From the NCBI GenBank assembly GCA_020721925.1, contig DYLV01000001.1:4413-68412 (forward strand): DNA of 64,000 nt, read 5' to 3'. Position 1 is the stretch's first letter. The number at the start of each line of letters is the position of its first letter. Position numbers and translations under genes: made by a program. Source of the stretch: Leptospira biflexa (GTDB lineage: Bacteria; Spirochaetota; UBA4802; JAGODF01). Of this stretch, positions 41,198-50,538 are shown piece after piece. The notes below the pieces were generated by a model. It saw only the letters and a program-made list of their open reading frames with translations. It had not been told where the DNA came from and did no database searches.

Positions 41198-43293
41198 TAT
41201 TCCACCCTCATTCGCGCATCCAGTGCAATCGCGCCCGAACCATCCGATAACAATCTGAATGGGTTGATATCCAGTTCTCGAATTTGAGGGAAATCAGATA
41301 GAAGCTTCGAGGCCTGCACAATTGACTTCACATACGCATCAACATCTGCCGCGCTTTTCCCTCTTGCACCTTTCAGCATCTTATATGATTTCAACCGCAT
41401 CAGTTTCGTTCGCACATCATCTTCGTGCGCAGGACAGAGCATGCACGCAACATCCTCAAAAATCTCCACAAAGATGCCGCCGAAACCAAATAGCACCACC
41501 GGGCCAAAGGACTGATCAAATTTCCCCCCGATGAACATATCATAGCCTTCACCTGCCATTTTTTGTATTCTCACCCCATCGAAACGGGCATCCTCCTTGT
41601 ATGAACGCAGATTTTCACGGATTGTGCGAAAACCCTTTCTTACGCCATCAGCATTATCGAGCCCTATCAATACCCCCCCCGCTTCCGTTTTATGTATCGC
41701 ATCGGGCGAAACTACTTTCATAACTACCGGAAAACCTGTGTGCACCGCCATATCCACCGCATCCTCTTCGCTTTGAACGACAACCGATTTAGCAGAAGGT
41801 ATTCCACAAAGAGATAGCAATGCCAGCGAGTCTTCTCCTATAATTCCTTTGTGCGACGCAATCCATTGGATGATTTGCGCGCTCTCAAGTTTCTGTGGTT
41901 TATTTATAGTATTACACTGCTCCCTTCTGATATGAAAATCCCGCTGAAAAGCCATTGCGCGAACCATCTCTTCGGGGTTGTTGAAAATGGGGAAATTTAC
42001 ATTCTGCTTCACCTGATGCATATACCCAGAAAGTCCATACAAACAGATGCCGAGGGGTTTCCCCGAAGAAAGAATGGCACCATAGGTTTCTTTTGAAAGA
42101 TCGGTTAAAAACATGCTGTAGAAGACATTGTCCCCTTCCGGCATTTTGGGGCGCTGGCTGATGATAATGGCTCCGTCGACATTTTCGTTGTGCATCACCG
42201 ACACCACTACATGCGCCACCATCTGCGGATCGTAGATATCGCCCATATCGAGAGGATTGGAAAATTTAATCACGCCGGCATTGGCGAAGCTTTGAAGTCC
42301 CTGATAAAACTCCTCTCCGGGATTTGCAAATTCAAATCCTGCTTTTTCGCAGAGGTCGGCTCCAATCACGGAAAAACCACCCGCCGGGCTCATCACCATT
42401 ATTCTGTTACTCTTCATTGGAGGAAGCTGAAACGATTTTGCTACTGCCATAAAATCATTGTAATTCCGTATTCGAATAATGCCCGCCTCTTCAAATGCTG
42501 CATCGATGATGTTTTCATCATTGGATAGCGCGTCTGTATGGCTCATTGCCGCTTTCTTTCCTGCCATTGTCGTATTCGATTTATAGATAACCACCGGCTT
42601 ATTGATCTTCTTTGCTGCATCAACCAGCGCACGGCCCCGCACCACGCTTTCGAGATACATGCACACAATTTCCGTTTCCGGATCATTGCCGAGGTATTCA
42701 AGAAAATCCACTTCATCGAGATCAAGTTTGTTCCCGATGCTCGCGAATTTTGCCATGCCGATGTGTTCGTCCATCATAAGATTCCACATCATGAGCCCCA
42801 CTCCTCCACTCTGTGTGATAATTGAAAGCCCGCCTTTTGGAGGCCGATACAACGGCACAAAGGGAAGACAGAGCCCGTTTGTAGTATTTGCAACCATGAT
42901 TCCGTTGGGGCCCACGAATCGAATGCCATATTTTCTCGCATTTTGAAGAAGCTTTTCCGAAAGCTTCTTCCCTTCCTCGCCGAATTCTGAAAATCCTCCC
43001 GACGGAATCGCCATGCGCTTAATACCGAATTTCCCGCAGATCTCCACATAGTCGGGCACGAACTTCGCAGGGATAAGACAGACCGCAAGGTCCGGCACTT
43101 CCGGCAGGTCTTCAATATTTTTATACATCCGAATCCCATCAACATGGCTCGCTTCTGCTCTCGGATTAGTGCCGAATATTCGCCCACGATATCCCCAGCG
43201 GAGCAGATTTTCAAGAATCATACGCGGTATATTATTTGGTTTGGGTGAAAGCCCTATGATCACCAGCGATTCCGGATAGAATATTTTTTTCAT
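41197..43293 (-). CDS. ADP-forming acetyl-CoA synthetase / acyl-CoA synthetase (NDP-forming), fused alpha-beta
   Basis: The N-terminal CoA-binding and succinyl-CoA-synthetase-like region is ESLVIIGLSPKPNNIPRMI...KNIEDLPEVPDLAV. A C-terminal ATP-grasp domain follows. 698 aa. The stop overlaps the malQ start by 1 nt. Confidence 0.75.
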   Translation of the reverse strand: MKKIFYPESLVIIGLSPKPNNIPRMILENLLRWGYRGRIFGTNPRAEASHVDGIRMYKNIEDLPEVPDLAVCLIPAKFVPDYVEICGKFGIKRMAIPSGGFSEFGEEGKKLSEKLLQNARKYGIRFVGPNGIMVANTTNGLCLPFVPLYRPPKGGLSIITQSGGVGLMMWNLMMDEHIGMAKFASIGNKLDLDEVDFLEYLGNDPETEIVCMYLESVVRGRALVDAAKKINKPVVIYKSNTTMAGKKAAMSHTDALSNDENIIDAAFEEAGIIRIRNYNDFMAVAKSFQLPPMKSNRIMVMSPAGGFSVIGADLCEKAGFEFANPGEEFYQGLQSFANAGVIKFSNPLDMGDIYDPQMVAHVVVSVMHNENVDGAIIISQRPKMPEGDNVFYSMFLTDLSKETYGAILSSGKPLGICLYGLSGYMHQVKQNVNFPIFNNPEEMVRAMAFQRDFHIRREQCNTINKPQKLESAQIIQWIASHKGIIGEDSLALLSLCGIPSAKSVVVQSEEDAVDMAVHTGFPVVMKVVSPDAIHKTEAGGVLIGLDNADGVRKGFRTIRENLRSYKEDARFDGVRIQKMAGEGYDMFIGGKFDQSFGPVVLFGFGGIFVEIFEDVACMLCPAHEDDVRTKLMRLKSYKMLKGARGKSAADVDAYVKSIVQASKLLSDFPQIRELDINPFRLLSDGSGAIALDARMRVE

Positions 43294-43530
43294 AACGAAT
43301 ATCTCCTTATGTAAAATCCCTGTCTTTAAAAAAATATCAAAGCTGCATTGAAACGAACTGCTTTTTGTAATTATATTATGTTCCGTTTATTAGTCAATCA
43401 GGAATTGCATCACCGCTATATCAGTATGAGAGATAATTTGATACACATTAATCACCGCTTGTCATCGTGCCAAAAAAATCGTGCATTTGTATTGACAATA
43501 TCGCAAACCTGCACCCATGATCCAAACAGC

Positions 43531-43543
43531 AGTGCATTGCACT
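43531..43543. promoter_or_regulatory. 13-bp palindrome AGTGCA-T-TGCACT upstream of the TPR gene
   Basis: A perfect inverted repeat 33 nt upstream of the ATG at 43576. It shares an AGTGCA-TTGC core with the repeat at 5991-6013. Confidence 0.3.
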
Positions 43544-43575
43544 CAAATTTTTCCATTTTCGGATATTTTTTTCTT

Positions 43576-44121
43576 ATGAATGACATCAAACGCTATAACG
43601 AGCGCCTGAAGAAAATTTTAAGTGCCGAGGAACTGACAATTTTCAGAAAAGACCGATACAGCCTCATCGATTTCGGCTACGATTATGTGGATATCGGTCA
43701 ATATAGAAAAGCCTTCGAGCTTTTCAACATCGGAGTAAAACTCAATGGCTACGATCCCGATATTCTCAACGGCATAGGTATTACACTCTGCGAAATGGGA
43801 AGATTCAAAGCTTCCGTCGCAATTTTGGAAAAAGCATCACAGCTCTACCCCGACGATGCGATAATTCTGGCAAACCTTGCCGGCGTATACTGGGAAATCT
43901 GCGAATATGAAAAAGCACTCTATTATTACCATCGCTCCCTGCGACTGGATCCGTTGATCAGCGATACCCATTACAATATCATCAGCGTCTATTACGAGAT
44001 GGGAGAGCTTTTGATGGCATATATTTCATGCCTTGATTATCTTGAGAAATTTCCGCCGGACGAACAAATACTTGAACTCAGGGACGATATTATACTGAAT
44101 TTAGGTATTGCAATATATTAA
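43576..44121 (+). CDS. TPR-repeat protein
   Basis: At least four TPR units are present (YRKAFELFNIGVKLNGYD, GRFKASVAILEKASQLYPDD, EYEKALYYYHRSLRLDP). The ORF opens at 43348, but the ATG at 43576 is the likely start. Confidence 0.65.
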   Translation: MNDIKRYNERLKKILSAEELTIFRKDRYSLIDFGYDYVDIGQYRKAFELFNIGVKLNGYDPDILNGIGITLCEMGRFKASVAILEKASQLYPDDAIILANLAGVYWEICEYEKALYYYHRSLRLDPLISDTHYNIISVYYEMGELLMAYISCLDYLEKFPPDEQILELRDDIILNLGIAIY

Positions 44122-44208
44122 GAAATTCCGGAGCACCAATAAAATACTTTTCAGGAGTATCTCAACTCCGCGCTGTTTTAGAACCTCATACAAGCAGTGG
44201 GCGTACGA

Positions 44209-46530
44209 TCATTTCCGTGGTACGAATTTCATCTCGTATTTCACGTTGGAGGATTCAAAATCGATAAAGTGGCGTTTGTCCATGAAAAATTCATTGAATT
44301 CAGAAAGCGGATTTACGGACATCCCCGTTGCTTTTGAAAGCAGCGCACCGCCATAAAAGCAGGCCGATATTGCTGTCACGGAATTTGCCCGATATCTATC
44401 TGCAATCTGCACCGAACCATTCATTATTGTCGAGTCGTCTCCGCCGATTCTGTACAGATACGTCTTCATAAATTCTTTTCTCAATAACGATTTTTTTCTC
44501 AACAGCGGAACTGCAAGCTTCGCTTTATGAATCCTGCCCCATTTCCAGTCTTTCATAAAGTGGCCTGCATGCTCATTGAGATACTTCAGCGAGGCAATAA
44601 ACGCACGATCGAATATCATACTTCGTGTTTCAATACGGTCATCGCTGGTATTGTCGTCGAATATCGCAGCGTTTTCATCTTTTGATAAATTCGCAAACCT
44701 ATCCAGTGCCCAATACATATAGTCTGACACATGGGATGATTCATCCTTCAGCTCATCCTGGACTGCTTCGAGAAAAAATTTATGCAAAACGACATGCATT
44801 ATAGCCGCAGGAACAGAATTTCTGTCGGCATTGTAATTCCAATTTTTAAAATATATTCTGGTAAGCTTCGCTGAAGGGATCGGTATTTTTTCAAGAAATG
44901 AATGATACAGCGGCGTAAATCTTTTCGCGATCTGTGATTCCTGATCATGGAGAATTTCAGGAATGGATTGTGGCTGCGATGACCGCGCTCTGATGAGTTC
45001 ATCCATCCTTTCAAAGCGCCATGTATCATTGAATACTTTGTATTGCTCCAATGAAAGTGGAAGGCCGTCTATCATTTCACTTCCATAAATCACCCTCCCA
45101 TATCTCTCTTTTTTTGAATAGGCAGAAAGCATTATGAGCGGAACATATCCAGTATAATTTTCTCCCCGCTGAAAAACGGCATTGGCCAAAAAGCGGTTAG
45201 GCACCACGCCCATAAACAGCACAGTTGCTTCATTATTGTCGGCCAGGAGATACACTTTTGGAACAGCCACAACATTTGCCGCAATGCGCATGGCTTGTGC
45301 AATATTTTCGGCAAAGGGAAGTTCGAGCAAAAATTCCAGGTACTCTTTCGACGGATTAACACCGCAGACCGACAATACGTCTGATGAAATTTTTCCTTTG
45401 AATACATCGCTAATAATAGGACAATTTTCTTTCCATCGCACCTGATACTTGAGCGTTTCAATCTGCCCGTTTTGTTTCAGAACCTCAATATTTTCTTCTC
45501 GTGATGAAAATTCAACCCATCGCCCACGAAGCAGGCACTCTTTCGCTTGCGATCCCTTCCTCGTGATTTCTTTGTAGAAATCCTGCACATCAAGACTGAG
45601 ATTGAAACCGGAAAACGAAAAAATATCATTCTTGCCATTAAAGATATACGGCATTCCAACCGCAGTGATGCCGGTGACCGATTTCCCACCGAGCTTTAAT
45701 CGAACCGGATACCAGATCGGATATACACTCCCAAGGCTTTCGAGGCTAAATCCATGTGCGCGTTTTCCGTCCGCGGTCTTTGATGAAGGAATATAAAAAC
45801 CCAGGCCTCTGTTGAATGCGCCTGCGTATTTTCGGACAGAGCGCTGTAATTCCTTCATGAGCACAACATTATTTTTGTCAGCATCATCATATTCGAATGT
45901 AAGCAATGGCGGAAAAACTTCCTTCACTTCACGGCTGAGAAGCTGTTTATGAATCATAAAGACATGTTCCCGGTTGTTCAAATAAGAAGAATACCAGTCG
46001 AGCATTAAAATGATTGCAATGGGATCCTGAGCGGTCCATTCATCCGATGCCAGCCTGCTGATAGAAGAAATATCGTTTATATTCCTCTTCAGGAAATGAT
46101 TCACACCCTTCACGTATGCTTCAAGAAAGCCCCTATATTTCTTATCCAGTATGCGAAAAATTCTTTCAGATTCTCCTGTAAAATTCAAGGTTCTTGAAAG
46201 CCTGTCGATTGCAAGGGCGTCCTCCCCCATAAGAGAGGACAGTGTTCCCCGGGCAAGCGCACGATAGTATTCGGCAATAATTACTCTGTCCTGTGCATGG
46301 AGATATCCAAGAACCAGCAGTGCATCTTCCATATTGCCCGCATGTATAAGCGGTATGCCATTATTGTCCCTCTGAACAATTACCGTGGCGGACACTTCTG
46401 ACGGCACTGTTTCATTGTAAGACACCGTTTCCTTCGCGCGTAAATACTTCACAAGAATCACGGTGCTCAATGCCACGAGTGTAAGCGCGAAAATAGATGC
46501 GCCAATAATAATTTTCTTTTTATGGATCAT
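44209..46530 (-). CDS. penicillin-acylase-family (S45 Ntn-hydrolase) protein with signal/TM anchor
   Basis: 773 aa with an N-terminal TM anchor. LGYLHAQDRVIIAEYYRALARG resembles the conserved HAQDRLWQM region of the penicillin / AHL acylase A-subunit. Size and layout are consistent. Confidence 0.6.
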   Translation of the reverse strand: MIHKKKIIIGASIFALTLVALSTVILVKYLRAKETVSYNETVPSEVSATVIVQRDNNGIPLIHAGNMEDALLVLGYLHAQDRVIIAEYYRALARGTLSSLMGEDALAIDRLSRTLNFTGESERIFRILDKKYRGFLEAYVKGVNHFLKRNINDISSISRLASDEWTAQDPIAIILMLDWYSSYLNNREHVFMIHKQLLSREVKEVFPPLLTFEYDDADKNNVVLMKELQRSVRKYAGAFNRGLGFYIPSSKTADGKRAHGFSLESLGSVYPIWYPVRLKLGGKSVTGITAVGMPYIFNGKNDIFSFSGFNLSLDVQDFYKEITRKGSQAKECLLRGRWVEFSSREENIEVLKQNGQIETLKYQVRWKENCPIISDVFKGKISSDVLSVCGVNPSKEYLEFLLELPFAENIAQAMRIAANVVAVPKVYLLADNNEATVLFMGVVPNRFLANAVFQRGENYTGYVPLIMLSAYSKKERYGRVIYGSEMIDGLPLSLEQYKVFNDTWRFERMDELIRARSSQPQSIPEILHDQESQIAKRFTPLYHSFLEKIPIPSAKLTRIYFKNWNYNADRNSVPAAIMHVVLHKFFLEAVQDELKDESSHVSDYMYWALDRFANLSKDENAAIFDDNTSDDRIETRSMIFDRAFIASLKYLNEHAGHFMKDWKWGRIHKAKLAVPLLRKKSLLRKEFMKTYLYRIGGDDSTIMNGSVQIADRYRANSVTAISACFYGGALLSKATGMSVNPLSEFNEFFMDKRHFIDFESSNVKYEMKFVPRK

Positions 46531-46566
46531 CGATTCACCATAACATACAAGGGATCAAGATGTATA

Positions 46567-47802
46567 TTAAAATTCAAATTGCAATTCGCCAAGCCTTTTT
46601 TCTACTTCCTCTAAAATTCTTCCTTCGGCATCGACGTCTTTTGCTTCAAATGTTGCAGAAAACCTCACAAAGTGTCCCGCATCATCCCATGGCACCGTGG
46701 AAATGAGCTTTTCTTTAATAAGGAACTGAGAAAATTCCTCTGCATTCTTAAAACGCCTTCCTCCTTTCATACCCTTCGGAATCTCTACATAAAGATAGAA
46801 GGTTCCTTCAGGCATCTTTACCTCAAACCCAAGCTTTTGAAGTGTTCCCACCAATTTTTTTAGCCTTCTTTCATATTTGGATTTGATTGTATCAGTCAGA
46901 TAATAATTGTCAAGAGCCACCACGCCGGCTTTCTGAATCGCCTTAAACTGTCCAGAATCGTAATTATCCTTTACCATGGCAAATGCCTGCACCGCACGCA
47001 TATTACCAGCAACAAATGCAATTCTCCATCCAGTCATATTAAACGACTTTGAAAGAGAGTGAATCTCCACTCCTACATCCTTCGCCCCGGGAAGGCTCAG
47101 AAACGAAAATGGTTTTCTATTATATGTCAGTGCAGCATAGGCTGCATCAATAACCAAAAGTATTTTGTGCTTTTTTGCAAATTCTATCGCCCGATGATAA
47201 AAATTCTCGTCGGCACAAACCCCTGTGGGATTGTTTGGATAATTCAAAACCATCACCTTTGCCTTTGCACACACTTCGAGAGGAATGGAATTGAAGTCCG
47301 GAAGAAAACTGTTTTCCTTTGTGAGCATTACGTTGTAGACGATGCCACCGTACCATTGGGCGTGAGTACCAAATACCGGATAGCCTGGAACCGTCATGAT
47401 GACCATATCGCCCGGATTTATGAATGCTGACGGCATCATCGCAAGCGCCGATTTCGAACCAATTGCGTGCACTACTTCCGTTTCAGGATCGATTCCCTTC
47501 ACTCCAAACACATTCTCAAGATACCGTACCGCCGCTTCCTTGAATTCTTCGATGCCATTATCGGCATAGCCGCGGTTTTCCGGCTTCTCGGCTTCCCTTT
47601 TTAGCGCGTCAATCACCATATCAAACGCCTTCTCATCCGGTTCACCCACGCCAAGATCAATCAGTTCAACGCCCGGATTATTCTTCAGTGCCTCTCTCTT
47701 CGCCCTTTTAATTTTTTCGAATTTATATATTTTATCCTCCTTGCCGAATTTCTTCCCCCCAATTCTCTCAGCAAACAGTTCCTGAATATACGGTTCTTCC
47801 AT
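46567..47802 (-). CDS. class-I pyridoxal-phosphate aminotransferase, LL-diaminopimelate-aminotransferase-like
   Basis: IDLGVGEPD, NYPNNPTG and the PLP-lysine motif SLSKSFNMTGWRIAF. An AGGAG RBS precedes the ATG at 47802. The ORF opens with TTG at 47826. Confidence 0.7.
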   Translation of the reverse strand: MEEPYIQELFAERIGGKKFGKEDKIYKFEKIKRAKREALKNNPGVELIDLGVGEPDEKAFDMVIDALKREAEKPENRGYADNGIEEFKEAAVRYLENVFGVKGIDPETEVVHAIGSKSALAMMPSAFINPGDMVIMTVPGYPVFGTHAQWYGGIVYNVMLTKENSFLPDFNSIPLEVCAKAKVMVLNYPNNPTGVCADENFYHRAIEFAKKHKILLVIDAAYAALTYNRKPFSFLSLPGAKDVGVEIHSLSKSFNMTGWRIAFVAGNMRAVQAFAMVKDNYDSGQFKAIQKAGVVALDNYYLTDTIKSKYERRLKKLVGTLQKLGFEVKMPEGTFYLYVEIPKGMKGGRRFKNAEEFSQFLIKEKLISTVPWDDAGHFVRFSATFEAKDVDAEGRILEEVEKRLGELQFEF

Positions 47803-47803
47803 C

Positions 47804-48280
47804 TTACTTTTCTCCTGTGATATCAATCGTAGTATTCACCAATTCAATTTTTACGAATGCATCATCGAGCAAGGTAAAGAACCTGCTGAATTCTCCCACC
47901 GCATTCACAACAGACTTCCCTTTTTTCAATCGCGCTATTGTCGCTATGTCTTCTTTTTCGTAGAGATTTTTCGAATAGAGATAACACTCGACATTTCCTT
48001 TTTCATACGGGATATCGACCACCACACAGAAATCATAATCGATGTTGTTCGAAGGTAAAATTTCCTTCACAAGAGCATTTTTAATGCTCACAAGATCATC
48101 CCGAAGATTATTAGCAATGAGATATTTTTTTGCAGGATTTTCCGCCCTGTCGATTTCTTCCTTCGCTTTAATGACATCCATGATATCAACCTTCGGCCTG
48201 AACCACCGAAGATAACCACGGTATCCACATGAAAGTGGACAAATGCAAACAAGTACAATGCACAAAACGATTTTCTTCAT
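47804..48280 (-). CDS. hypothetical small lipoprotein
   Basis: MKKIVLCIVLVCICPLSCG is a lipoprotein signal with a lipobox Cys. 158 aa. The stop abuts the aminotransferase start. Confidence 0.5.
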   Translation of the reverse strand: MKKIVLCIVLVCICPLSCGYRGYLRWFRPKVDIMDVIKAKEEIDRAENPAKKYLIANNLRDDLVSIKNALVKEILPSNNIDYDFCVVVDIPYEKGNVECYLYSKNLYEKEDIATIARLKKGKSVVNAVGEFSRFFTLLDDAFVKIELVNTTIDITGEK

Positions 48281-48498
48281 AATTAACCCCTGCAATTTTT
48301 CTACATCTGAACCGATATAAAGCCTTCTCCCCCTCATGTCAATCTCATTATGAAATTGATAACTGCGCATTGCGTGATGCATAGACATTCTTCTCTGAGA
48401 AGCCTCTGGTAATTTTAATCTGGCGCAAAAGAAGATATCGGAATATTGCACCAAAAACAATATATTTATTATAAGACCTACCTGAAAATATTTTTTTG

Positions 48499-48527
48499 TT
48501 GCAATTTATCCACTTAAGATATATACT
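48499..48527 (+). promoter_or_regulatory. sigma70-type promoter for the DUF5684 gene
   Basis: -35 TTGCAA (48499-48504), an exact 17-nt spacer, and -10 TATACT (48522-48527). The predicted TSS is near 48534. Confidence 0.45.
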
Positions 48528-48533
48528 ATATTT

Positions 48534-48566
48534 GTCTCTATTTTATCCATCTACAATAATAGAGAC
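48534..48566 (+). promoter_or_regulatory. 5'-UTR hairpin (9-bp stem) at the predicted transcript start
   Basis: GTCTCTATT (48534-48542) pairs with AATAGAGAC (48558-48566) around a 15-nt loop. It sits 30 nt upstream of the AGGAGG RBS and the ATG at 48596. Confidence 0.4.
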
Positions 48567-48595
48567 CATTTAACAAAAAAATTAGGAGGAATACT

Positions 48596-48940
48596 ATGTA
48601 TCAAAACGAAGGAAGTACTACTGGAACCATCATTCAGCTGATTATTATCATTGCCGTTATTGCCGGCCTATGGAAAGTTTTTGAGAAAGCAGGCAAACCG
48701 GGCTGGGCAGCAATTATTCCGATCTACAACCTCTGGGTATGGATTGAGATATGCAAAAGACCATGGTGGTGGATCCTACTTTTCCTTATCCCACTGGTCA
48801 ATATCGTAATTTATATCATACTTTGCATCGACTTGGTAAAAAAATTCGGTCAACCAGGTTATCACGCGCTTGCGCTCATTTTTCTCGGATTTATATATCT
48901 TCCATGGCTTGGATTCGGCCGGACAACCTATCAAGGATAA
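48596..48940 (+). CDS. small membrane protein, DUF5684-like
   Basis: 114 aa. GKPGWAAIIPIYNLWVWIEICKRPWWWILLFLIPLVN matches a motif I recall from the DUF5684 family. There are three TM helices and an AGGAGG RBS. Confidence 0.5.
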   Translation: MYQNEGSTTGTIIQLIIIIAVIAGLWKVFEKAGKPGWAAIIPIYNLWVWIEICKRPWWWILLFLIPLVNIVIYIILCIDLVKKFGQPGYHALALIFLGFIYLPWLGFGRTTYQG

Positions 48941-48962
48941 AGAAATCAAATTATACATTTAC

Positions 48963-48992
48963 GGGGCGGTGAATAATTCCGCCCCTTTTTTT
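48963..48992 (+). terminator. rho-independent terminator
   Basis: A GC-rich 7-bp stem, GGGGCGG (48963-48969) pairing with CCGCCCC (48979-48985), has a 9-nt loop and is followed by seven T (48986-48992). Confidence 0.7.
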
Positions 48993-50316
48993 ACTTACCC
49001 TTCCCCTTTTTGTTCTGCGCTTCTTTCATTCTCATTTTAAGCTCTCGATCACTGGTGCTAATCATAAGGGTATTGTTTTCCCACTTTGCATAATTTTTAA
49101 AATATTCAGTGGACATTCCAATTGCTTCATAATACGGAACGTACACAGTATGACCATATTCATCTTTTATTTTTTTCTCACCACATGGCAATGCATACGC
49201 AATCGCATTCTTCAAAAGGCGATCAATTAGTACAGCGGTTTCTGGAATTTTTATCCTCTCCGCCTTTGCTAAAAATTTGAAAAACGATGCAGCCTCTATT
49301 TCAACAATATAGCCCCTGTCTTTTCCGGTGAACTGTATGCGTTTTTGCTCAGGATAGATTTCATAGCTTTCAAAATCCGATAGTGCAAGGACCTGCCCTT
49401 TTTCGATATACGACCTTCCCAGATACAAGGCAAGGTTGAGTTTTACCGGATGCATATAGTATTCTGAAAGAAATTCGAGATGTTTTCGCACCACTTCATT
49501 TTTCAGTTCCCTGGCTATTTGTTTATCGGATACGGTTTTTTTCTTTTTTTCTTCATCTATCTGCATACCGCGGGGAGGCTGCATCCGAAGGTGTGCAGCC
49601 ACTGAATCGACAGGAACAGAGGGAATGCCATCGATAATAGGTGCAATCCCATAGCTATACTCAATTCCGCGAATTACGCCCGTATCTAAATATTGTGTTT
49701 CTCCGGTAACATCAGCAATTTTTATAAATGGTCCATTTTCTACTGGCGAGCGATACACCGCGTATTCATCAATTCCCTGTCGCCTATCCCACGTGATGGA
49801 AATAACACTCTTTTCTTCATCCGCCTTCACTCTAAGGCCATTAATTTTTACCTCACTGAATCCTTTTATTTCTCGTATAAGTCTTCCCGTAATTATTTTC
49901 GCAGCTTCAGGAATATATGACTCGTTCTGGATAAAATATTCTGTTTTGTAAGTCTTTTTTTTATCCTGTACCGATATCAATAGGCTTTTAATAAGGTAGC
50001 CATCTCCATAGGAACTCTCGACCGAACCGCAGAGGACATGCGATGCGGCCTGAGATATGGCTTTTACAAGTGCCTTTTTTACCTCTTCATCGCTCAAAGG
50101 ATTGAGCGCTTTTTCATCTTCCTCAAATTTAATTGTAATTCCTTCCCATTTTTGTTCCGAAATCGCCTCTGCAATGTCTTCAGTTAGGGATGTATCTACA
50201 TTAATAGAATCAAATGGTACCACGTATATTGTGTCGGCAGCCAGCACAGCGCTTCCCATAAATAAAGCAATGAACATGAGATAACATAATAGCCTATAGT
50301 ATTTTTTTTCATACAT
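48991..50316 (-). CDS. hypothetical secreted protein with an FN3-like central region
   Basis: The signal peptide is MYEKKYYRLLCYLMFIALFMGSAVLAA. SVISITWDRRQGIDEYAVYRSPVENGPF resembles a fibronectin-III beta-sandwich. 441 aa. Confidence 0.55.
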   Translation of the reverse strand: MYEKKYYRLLCYLMFIALFMGSAVLAADTIYVVPFDSINVDTSLTEDIAEAISEQKWEGITIKFEEDEKALNPLSDEEVKKALVKAISQAASHVLCGSVESSYGDGYLIKSLLISVQDKKKTYKTEYFIQNESYIPEAAKIITGRLIREIKGFSEVKINGLRVKADEEKSVISITWDRRQGIDEYAVYRSPVENGPFIKIADVTGETQYLDTGVIRGIEYSYGIAPIIDGIPSVPVDSVAAHLRMQPPRGMQIDEEKKKKTVSDKQIARELKNEVVRKHLEFLSEYYMHPVKLNLALYLGRSYIEKGQVLALSDFESYEIYPEQKRIQFTGKDRGYIVEIEAASFFKFLAKAERIKIPETAVLIDRLLKNAIAYALPCGEKKIKDEYGHTVYVPYYEAIGMSTEYFKNYAKWENNTLMISTSDRELKMRMKEAQNKKGKGK

Positions 50317-50538
50317 GGTTCAGCTCCGAAATCCGTTGATATACAACATTATGTGACAACCCTGAATAAAAATTTCAAGCGCAATATTTACGAATATTTT
50401 CAAGGTATTGATTGGAAGGAAGTTTTCATATAAAAAATTATTCTTTACAAAAAAACTGTTATCTCACAAAAATTCCAATTCTTTATTACATGCGAGTACT
50501 TTTTCGCTTTAATGATGTGGGTCTTAATAAGGTAGACA

